Shown one piece after another: positions 15,365 through 22,600 of a DNA stretch of 27,672 nucleotides. The number at the start of each line of letters is the position of its first letter. Position 1 is the stretch's first letter. This DNA comes from an uncultured Planctomycetaceae bacterium (GTDB lineage: Bacteria > Planctomycetota > Planctomycetia > Pirellulales > UBA1268). The stretch spans positions 1 to 27,672 of the forward strand of contig CAJBSQ010000281.1 of assembly GCA_903958265.1 (NCBI GenBank), given 5' to 3'. The notes beneath the pieces were generated by a model. It was not told where the DNA came from and did not search any database. It worked only from the letters and a program-made list of their open reading frames with translations. The position numbers were made by a program, and so were the translations under genes.

Positions 15365-16621
15365 TCAGGATGCAACGCTCCCGAACAGCGGTTTCAGGTG
15401 GCGATCGTAGATGTTTTCGGTGACCTGCGTCGCCACCACCTCGCGGTTGGCCACGAGCAGGTCGGTGTACCGACTCCCCTGCTTGGCCGCCACCTTGAAC
15501 GACACGTGCACCAGCTGCCGCATGTGGGGATTGAAGGCGGGGTTCGAGGGGACATGACGCAGGGCGGCCGCCAGCTGCGACCCTCTCCACGATGCCACCG
15601 TGGCTGGCGACGGCAGTTGGGCCTTGTCGATGTCGATCACCGTGGCGTAGGGTGCGCAGAACTCCTCGACGTGGTCGAAGGCATAGGCATAGATCTCCCT
15701 GGCGAGCGCGAGGCCGTCGCCGCCCGCCTCGGCCAGGCCGATCATCTCCTCGAGCCACGTCGTGCCGGCTGTCTTGAGATGCAGGCCCGCCCCGGTTCGC
15801 TGCACGATCCGGCGGATGAGCGGGTAGAGCGAGAACTTGTCACTGCCGCTGTGCACCGAAAGCTTGAGGTTGTTCGGTAGGCCGTAGCGGTGGGCTGCGT
15901 AGGCCAGCACCTCCACATCATCAGAAAACTCCTGCTCGAAGCCGGCGAGGTCACCGACGTAGTCGACACCCTTATTGAATCGGCCGGTGAACTTGGGCGC
16001 GATCGTCTGTAGGGGCACACCCTCGTCGGCGAGCAGGGCGAGGATCACGAGCAGCTCCGGCGGCGTTTGGGCCACGTCGGTCTCGTCCATGCTCACCTCA
16101 ATCGCAGCTGCATCCCCCCGGCGGCTGCGAATGTGCCGGAAAATCTCTCCAGCCTCGCGGCAGGCCAGGAGATAGCGGCGGGCGACCGTCCCGGAGACCT
16201 CGGCCGACAGTGGCAGCGGCACGGCGATGCCGGGGATCGTCAGCGGCGCGGTGAGTTCGGGATGGTTCCCCAGAAAGGCGGTGATGTCGGCATCAGCCGC
16301 CGGCGTGCCGATCGAATCGGCGACGTCGATCGTGAAGAAGTCGCTCGAATCGAGGAACCGGTCGACCGTCTCGAGGCGGATGTGGTCGGCATCGACGAAC
16401 CAGGGGTGAGGCCACTTTCGGGCCGCCACCGCGGCGGCGGCCGCGGCCCGCACGCTCGCCGGCTCGCTGCCGATGAAGGTGTGTTCGCGGTTCGACTTGT
16501 TCCACACCGGGGAGACGACGATGCCCTCCTCGGCCAGCCGTTCAAAAGCGGCGAGCTGCGCCTGGGCCTGATGGGCGAACCGGTCACCAACGCCAAACGT
16601 GAATCGCGGGAGCGTGAGCAT
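15365..16621 (-). CDS. uxaE: D-tagaturonate/D-fructuronate epimerase UxaE
   Basis: Start MLTLPRFTFGVGDRF at 16621. Motifs FVDADH, FFTIDV, IEVSMDET, APKFTGRFNKGVDY, KLSVHSGSDKFS, HLKTAGTTWLEE. 418 aa. Confidence 0.9.
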   Translation of the reverse strand: MLTLPRFTFGVGDRFAHQAQAQLAAFERLAEEGIVVSPVWNKSNREHTFIGSEPASVRAAAAAAVAARKWPHPWFVDADHIRLETVDRFLDSSDFFTIDVADSIGTPAADADITAFLGNHPELTAPLTIPGIAVPLPLSAEVSGTVARRYLLACREAGEIFRHIRSRRGDAAAIEVSMDETDVAQTPPELLVILALLADEGVPLQTIAPKFTGRFNKGVDYVGDLAGFEQEFSDDVEVLAYAAHRYGLPNNLKLSVHSGSDKFSLYPLIRRIVQRTGAGLHLKTAGTTWLEEMIGLAEAGGDGLALAREIYAYAFDHVEEFCAPYATVIDIDKAQLPSPATVASWRGSQLAAALRHVPSNPAFNPHMRQLVHVSFKVAAKQGSRYTDLLVANREVVATQVTENIYDRHLKPLFGSVAS

Positions 16622-16627
16622 GCGGTG

Positions 16628-16659
16628 AGAATACCGCGGCCCATCCACGGCGAATACCG
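16628..16659 (-). promoter_or_regulatory. Candidate -10 box (TATTCT) for a leaderless uxaE transcript, inside a CGGTATTC direct repeat
   Basis: On the minus strand TATTCT (16633-16628) is 6 nt upstream of the ATG and there is no Shine-Dalgarno. The 8-mer occurs at 16629-16636 and 16652-16659. Confidence 0.35.
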
Positions 16660-16751
16660 TCGCTCGCGGCCGGGCTCATCTTATGGCCGGCAGAGGCCTT
16701 CCCGATTCCAGATGGCACGCCAGCGGGCTTCGCGGATCACTCGAGCCCGGG

Positions 16752-17300
16752 TCACCCGTCCAGGGGATTCGCTGGCGTAGGCAGGATCAGTTGCCAGAAC
16801 TCGAGGTCGAGCCAGCGGCCGAACTTGAAGCCGGCCTCGCGGACGGTGCCGCAGCAGCGAAAGCCGAGCGAACCATGCAGGGCCACGCTGGCGACGTTCG
16901 TGGCATCGATTCCGGCGATCAGCATGTGGATATCCCGCTGCCTGGCCTCGGCGACGATCGCCTGGAGGAGTTGCCGGCCGACGCCCTCGCCGCGAAATCG
17001 CTCGTCCACGTAGACGGAGTGCTCGACGGAGTACTTGTAGGCCGCCCGCGGCCGAAACGGCCCCCAGGTCGCGAAGCCGGCCAGCACGCCCGGCTCCCAT
17101 TCGATCCCGATCACCGGGATGCCGCTGCGCTCGCGGTCGGCGAACCACTCCCGCATCACCTCCTCCGTCCGTGGCTCGTATTCGTAGAGCGCGGTCGTGT
17201 GGAGAATCGCGTCGTTGTAGATCGACCGAATCGCCGGAAGCTGACTCGCCGTGCAGGCGATCACCTCGCGGCGGGGAGGCGCGGACTTCTTGCGAGGCAT
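16752..17300 (-). CDS. GNAT N-acetyltransferase, phosphinothricin / methionine-sulfoximine acetyltransferase (Pat/YncA) family
   Basis: ATG 17300 lies 7 nt after the actP stop. IYNDAI, AYKYSVEHSVYV, RGEGVG (acetyl-CoA loop), NVASVALH..LGF, GFKFGRWLD. Confidence 0.88.
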   Translation of the reverse strand: MPRKKSAPPRREVIACTASQLPAIRSIYNDAILHTTALYEYEPRTEEVMREWFADRERSGIPVIGIEWEPGVLAGFATWGPFRPRAAYKYSVEHSVYVDERFRGEGVGRQLLQAIVAEARQRDIHMLIAGIDATNVASVALHGSLGFRCCGTVREAGFKFGRWLDLEFWQLILPTPANPLDG

Positions 17301-17307
17301 CGGCGGG

Positions 17308-19050
17308 CTAGCGGCGAGGGGAGGGGGCGGGCGTGAGCAACGACACGACGACGAGCACCAAAAAACCGAGTGGGATCGTGACGAGCCCCGGCTGGCTGAA
17401 GGGGGTGAGGGCCATCTCGCGCGGGAGTCCGTAGACCTTTTCAAACGTGTCGGCCGACAGCAGGATCCAGGCCAACGACGACAGCATACCTGCCGAGACG
17501 GCCGCCACGATGCCCTGCCGGGTGGTCCGCGGCCAGAACAGCAGCATCACCAGTGACGGCAGGTTGGCACTGGCTGCGATGTTGAAGGCCCAGCCCACGA
17601 GAAAGCTGACATTGAAGTTGCGGAACAGGATGCCCAGGGCCATCGCCACGATCCCCAGCCCCACCGCGGCCAACTTCCCGCAGCGAATCTTCTCGTGATC
17701 GGTCATCTGGACGCCGCACACGTTCTCCACGAGGTCGTGGGCCACCGCACCGCTGCCGGCCATGATCAGGCCGCTGACCGTACCCAGCACGGTGGTAAAG
17801 GCGATCGCCGAGATGATCGCAAACAGGGTGTTGCTGAAGGTCTTGGCGAGCAGCGGGGCCGCCATGTTGGTGTCGGTCGGATCGAGGGCACCGGACGTCA
17901 TCGCTCCCAGGCCGAGATACAGGGTGAGCACGTAGAACACGCCGATCGCCGCGATGCCCACCACGGTGCTCTTCCGGGCGGCCGCGGCGTCCTTGACGGT
18001 GTAGTAGCGGATCAGGATGTGGGGCAGCGACGCCGTGCCGCAAAACAGCGCGAGCATCAGGCTCGCGAAGTCGAGTCGGTCGGCCAGTTTCCCGGAGGTG
18101 AGCCCCTTGAAAGAGCCGCCGGGCGTGAGCAGATCGGTCCCCCGCCGCTCGACGGGCGTGAACGTCGTATGGGCTCCGTCGGCGTCGACATGCTTCTTCG
18201 CCGCCCAGGTCACGATCGTCGAGTCTTCCAGCGCCGAGAGGTACTCCAGCGGCCCGAGCGGTCCGGTGGAGCGGGCGTCGCCGAACCGTTCCGGCAACCG
18301 GAGGATCGTGCCCACCGGCCGCAGGTCATGATCCCGCGACTGCGTCACGCCGTCCACCAGCACCGTGCCGTCGGGCCGCACGGTCCTCACCTGTGGAGCC
18401 AGGTTTTCCGTGCCGGTGCGGCTCGCATTAACGGCCAGGCCGCGGCCCAGGATCAGCACCGTCAGCACGCCGCAGAAAAAGACGAGCAGCGACCCCTTGA
18501 TGAACTGCACCCAGGTGGTCGACACCATGCCGGCAGTGACCACGATCAGCGTCACCGTCACTCCGACCAGGATCACGCCGGCCTCGTGCGGCAGGCCGAG
18601 GAGTGGCTTGATCAGCGAGCCCGCCCCCACCATCTGCGGGATCAGGTAGAAGATGCTGACGACAAGGGTCGAGATCGCCACGGCCAGCTTGATGCCACGG
18701 CTGTTGAACCGGCTGTCGAGGGCGTCGGCAAACGTGAACTTTCCCAGCGCCTTGATCGGCTCGGCGATCACAAAGAGCGCCACCACCCAGCCGGCGAGGA
18801 AGCCGATCGAGTAGAGGAATCCGTCGTAGCCGGAGAAGGCGATCATCCCGCAGATGCCGAGAAACGACGCCGCGGAGAGATAGTCGCCGGCGAAGGCGAT
18901 CCCGTTGACGAACCAGTGAATCTGGCCGTGGGCGGCGTAGTAGCCGGCCGCCGACTGCCCCTTGCGGCCCAGGAAAAACGAGAGGCCAAGCACACCGAGC
19001 ACGAACGTGGCGAAGATGGCGACGGCGACGAGCGAGGTCTGGTGCAGCAT
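17308..19050 (-). CDS. actP: Sodium:solute symporter, cation/acetate symporter ActP family
   Basis: NGIAFAGDYLSAASFLGI, GKFTFAD, YLIPQMVGAG, TTWVQFIKG, GTASLPHILIRYYTV, AFTTVLGTVSGL, ASANLP. Paired with an upstream DUF485 gene as in yjcH-actP. Confidence 0.85.
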   Translation of the reverse strand: MLHQTSLVAVAIFATFVLGVLGLSFFLGRKGQSAAGYYAAHGQIHWFVNGIAFAGDYLSAASFLGICGMIAFSGYDGFLYSIGFLAGWVVALFVIAEPIKALGKFTFADALDSRFNSRGIKLAVAISTLVVSIFYLIPQMVGAGSLIKPLLGLPHEAGVILVGVTVTLIVVTAGMVSTTWVQFIKGSLLVFFCGVLTVLILGRGLAVNASRTGTENLAPQVRTVRPDGTVLVDGVTQSRDHDLRPVGTILRLPERFGDARSTGPLGPLEYLSALEDSTIVTWAAKKHVDADGAHTTFTPVERRGTDLLTPGGSFKGLTSGKLADRLDFASLMLALFCGTASLPHILIRYYTVKDAAAARKSTVVGIAAIGVFYVLTLYLGLGAMTSGALDPTDTNMAAPLLAKTFSNTLFAIISAIAFTTVLGTVSGLIMAGSGAVAHDLVENVCGVQMTDHEKIRCGKLAAVGLGIVAMALGILFRNFNVSFLVGWAFNIAASANLPSLVMLLFWPRTTRQGIVAAVSAGMLSSLAWILLSADTFEKVYGLPREMALTPFSQPGLVTIPLGFLVLVVVSLLTPAPSPRR

Positions 19051-19071
19051 GGCGCAGGAAGTGTTTCTCCG

Positions 19072-19326
19072 TCAGCGACCCGACCGGAGAAGCATGTAGG
19101 TGACCGCCAGCACGAATGCGGATGCGATCAGCCCCATGCCATACACGATCGCAAGGTTCACGCCGCCAAAAGGCCGCAGGGCGAGCAGGTCCGGCCGCAC
19201 GAGCACCAGCGCCATGAAGCCAGCGTACAGCAGCACGTAGACGCCGAAGAGGCACAGCCCCAGTGGGCTCGCCGCTGCGTCACCGCCCGCCTGAGGCGGC
19301 CCGTCGCGTTTGCCTGATGCCGCCAT
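19072..19326 (-). CDS. DUF485 (YjcH-like) small two-TM membrane protein
   Basis: LGLCLFGVYVLLYAGFMAL...GGVNLAIVYGMGLI, directly upstream of actP. GTG 19353 is an alternative start. Confidence 0.8.
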   Translation of the reverse strand: MAASGKRDGPPQAGGDAAASPLGLCLFGVYVLLYAGFMALVLVRPDLLALRPFGGVNLAIVYGMGLIASAFVLAVTYMLLRSGR

Positions 19327-19366
19327 GCCGGTCCCCACTGGCTCACTCGTCACCGCCCAACCGGGG

Positions 19367-19381
19367 CTGTGATCGTCACAG
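19367..19381. promoter_or_regulatory. Inverted repeat CTGTGA-N3-TCACAG upstream of yjcH-actP
   Basis: Perfect 6-bp arms and relatively AT-rich for this DNA; 14 nt upstream of GTG 19353. Confidence 0.3.
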
Positions 19382-19614
19382 GATACACGGCGGGACGGCG
19401 GCGTGGTGGGCGGTCCGCTTCCGGCCGGCTGCCGCCGCAGGCTTCGCGGCTCTCGAGCACGTCCGGGTTCGGTGGAGCGTCGTCTGCGTAAGCGAGGGCG
19501 GGTAGGCGAAGGGGGTCGGCGAACGCTCGCGGAGCCTTGGGCGTATCCTCGCCCGGGCGACGCGACTTTTGCCGCCCCCGAGCCGGCGGTACAAGGAACT
19601 CGGATGCGCTCCGG

Positions 19615-22600
19615 TCACCGCCCTGCGGCCGGCACGTCGGCGACAGGATAGAGGAACTCAGGTGAGGCGACGTCGCCAGCGGGGCGACGCCCGGGAGCCT
19701 GTGGGCCGCAGAGTTCCGCCTGCATCGGCGAGACGTAGCCGCGGAGCCTGTCCACCACGGCGGGATGCTCGGCGGCGACGTCGGTCGTCTCGCCGAGATC
19801 GGCTTCGAGATCGTACAGCCGTGGCGATTCCATCGAGGCCTCGGCCACGACGGCCCCCTTCCCCATCCCCGCACCCTGCGAGGCGATGGCCAGCTTCCAG
19901 CGGCCAGCACGCACCGCCTCCAGCGTCGTGCCCTTGAAGTAATAGTGAACCGCCCGGGCAGGCTCGCGGCTGGTCCCAAGGAGGAGGCCGGAAATGTCGC
20001 GGCCGTCGATCACGGGCTCGCGGGGCATGTCGCCGCCCGCCAGTGACACGAATGTCGGAACCAGATCGATCGTACCGGCCATCGTGCCGCACTCGGTGCC
20101 CGCCGCGATTCGGCCCGGCCACCAGGCGACCGTCGGGACCCGCACGCCCCCTTCCCAGGTGCTGCCCTTACCGCCCCGCAGCGGCCCGGAGGAGCCGCCG
20201 TCCGCCCCCTTCACCACCCACGGCCCGTTATCGCTGGTGAAAATCACGAGCGTGTCGTCGTCGAGCCCCTCGTCGCAAAGCGTGTCGAGGATTTTTCCAA
20301 CGCTCCAGTCGACCTCCTCGACCCAGTCGCCGAACCGGCCATTGTCGCTCTTTCCCCGAAACCGCTCACTGGGGAAGATCGGCACGTGAACGGCGGTATG
20401 CGGTACGTAGAGAAAAAACGGCTTCTCCTTCGACCCCCGAATGAAGGCCACGGCCTCGTCAGTGCACCGTTCGACGATCCCCCGCTGTGCCTCGTCGGTG
20501 AGCAGTTCCACCACGCGGTCATCGCAGAGCAGTGGCACGACCTCCTCTCCCGTCACCGCGCTCCTCTTCTGCATGTCGTTGGAGTAGGGAATGCCGACAT
20601 AGTGATCGAAGCCCTGGCGACAGGGAAGAAACGCGGGCTGATCGCCGAGGTGCCACTTCCCGAAGCAGGCGGTGGCATAGCCGAGACTTCTCAGCCGCTC
20701 AGCCGCCGTGATCTCGGCCGGATTGAGCCCCTGCTTTCCGGCCGGAAAGAAGACCCACGGCACAGACACCCGCGGCCCGTAGCAGCCGGTGAGCAGCTGC
20801 GCCCGCGACACCGAACACGCCGGCGCCGCATAGAAACTCGTGAGCTTCATTCCCTCGCGGGCCATGCGGTCGAGGTTCGGTGTTCGCTGTTTTGTGGCCC
20901 CGAACGGTCCGATGTCGCCGTAACCGAGGTCGTCGATGAACACGACGACGATGTTCGGAGGGCGCGGCGCCGGGCCCCGGCCCTGCGGGTCGTCGAACCG
21001 CCGCTCGGCCGAGGCGAGCGTGGCCTCGAGCGTGCGGCGGGTGGCCGCGACGGCCGGATCAGCAGCAAGGTCGTGCCGCTCGCCCGGGTCGCTTGCCAGC
21101 CTGAAGACCTGGGTCCTCTCCGCCCTGGGATAGTGAATCAGCTTCCACTCGGGAGTCACGACCGCCCGCTGGACCTCCTTGTAGGCGAGCAAGAGCGACT
21201 CCCGGCCCGTGGACCGCTCGCCGCGAAGCACGGGCCCGAGGCTCTGCCCCTCGCTGGCGGCGGGGGCCGCGACACCGGCGAGTTCACCGAGCGTCGCCGT
21301 CACGTCGAAGAGATACGCGAGCGCGTCGCTGCGGCGGCCGGCGGGCACCCCCGGCCCCGCGAGCACGACCGGGGCCCGCATCGAGTGTTCGTAGAGGTTT
21401 TGCTTGCCGAGCAGGCCGTGGCTGCCGAGCGCGAGACCCTGGTCGGCAGCGAAGAGCACGACCGTGTCGGTGAGCCTGCCCTTCTTCTCGAGCGCGAGGA
21501 GTACACGGCGGATCCGGTCATCCATCCCCTCGACGAGCGCGTAGTAGTCGGCCAGTTCCTTCGAGATCACATCCTGAGAGAGCGGCCGTGGCAGGAGTCT
21601 TTCGTCGCGGACCGAAAGCGCGCCGTTGTCGAACGGATGCTCGGGCAGGAAGTTCTCCGGGGCCGGAGGCTCACGGCCGTCGTACCGGCGGCGAAACTCC
21701 TGCAGCGGCTGCCGGGGGTCGTGCGGCGCGGTGAACGCGCACCAGGCAAAAAACGGCTCGTCACCGAGGCTCTCGATGAACGCCTCGGCCGCGGCGCCGA
21801 CGACCTCCGATGAGTGGCGGTCGGTCGCGGCGTCCGCCACGGCCGCGGCATGCCCACGAAATGACACTGTCGGCAGGCCGGTATGGCCGTGCATCCCACC
21901 GAGGAACACTTGGCTCCCCTCGGCGAAGCACCGGAGGAGCGACTTCTGGCCGTTATGCCACTTGCCGGTGGCGAACGTGCGGTAGCCGGCCCGCTCGAAG
22001 GTCTCGGGCCAGGTATCGCAGCCTTTGAGTTGCTCGTGGACGTGGAAGAGCGACCGGCCGGAGAGCAGCATCGCCCGGCTCGGCACGCAGACCGCTCCCT
22101 GCATCGCCCCCATGCAGGAGACGCGATCCAGCACCGTCCCCCGGGCGACGAGGGCGTCGATCGCGGGCGTGCGGATGTGCGGATTGCCCAGCGCGTGGAT
22201 GGCGTCGGCCCGCATGTCGTCGGCAAGTAGCACGAGGACGCTCGGGCGACGCGACGCCGCAGCCGCCGTCTCGCTGACCGCCCCACGCCTCACGGCGTCG
22301 GGCGTGGAAGGGCCTTCGGAGACGGCCGCGGCGTCGGCGAAGGGCAGCGGCCATGCGGGGTCGGGCACGTGCTCGCGGTCGAGGATCTCCGTCATCCGTT
22401 TCACGACCTGCGGATGCCGCGCGGCGACGTTCGTGGTCTCCGCCGGATCGGCGACAAGATCGTAGAGCTCGACCGGGCCCGGGTCGCCAGGTCGCTTCGG
22501 ACCGGCGGCGCGGCGAATCGCCTTCCAGCGACCATCCACCGCCGCCTGCCAGGCGGCCTCCGTGAGTTCGCGGTAGAGCATCCGCTCCTCCGGCGCGGCG

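Noticed and set aside
19400-19614. GC-rich palindromes (e.g. TCGCCCGGGCGA, 19549-19560) in the gap between the sulfatase and yjcH; considered a riboswitch or sRNA
   Set aside because: No recognisable aptamer, tRNA or terminator pattern on the coding strand; such palindromes are expected at this GC content. An Rfam scan would settle it.
19761-19783. 22/23-nt match to 24930-24952, and a 15-nt match between 22946-22960 and 26870-26884
   Set aside because: They encode conserved sulfatase peptides (DVAAEHP, MDREV) under strong codon bias; not a repeat element or recent duplication.
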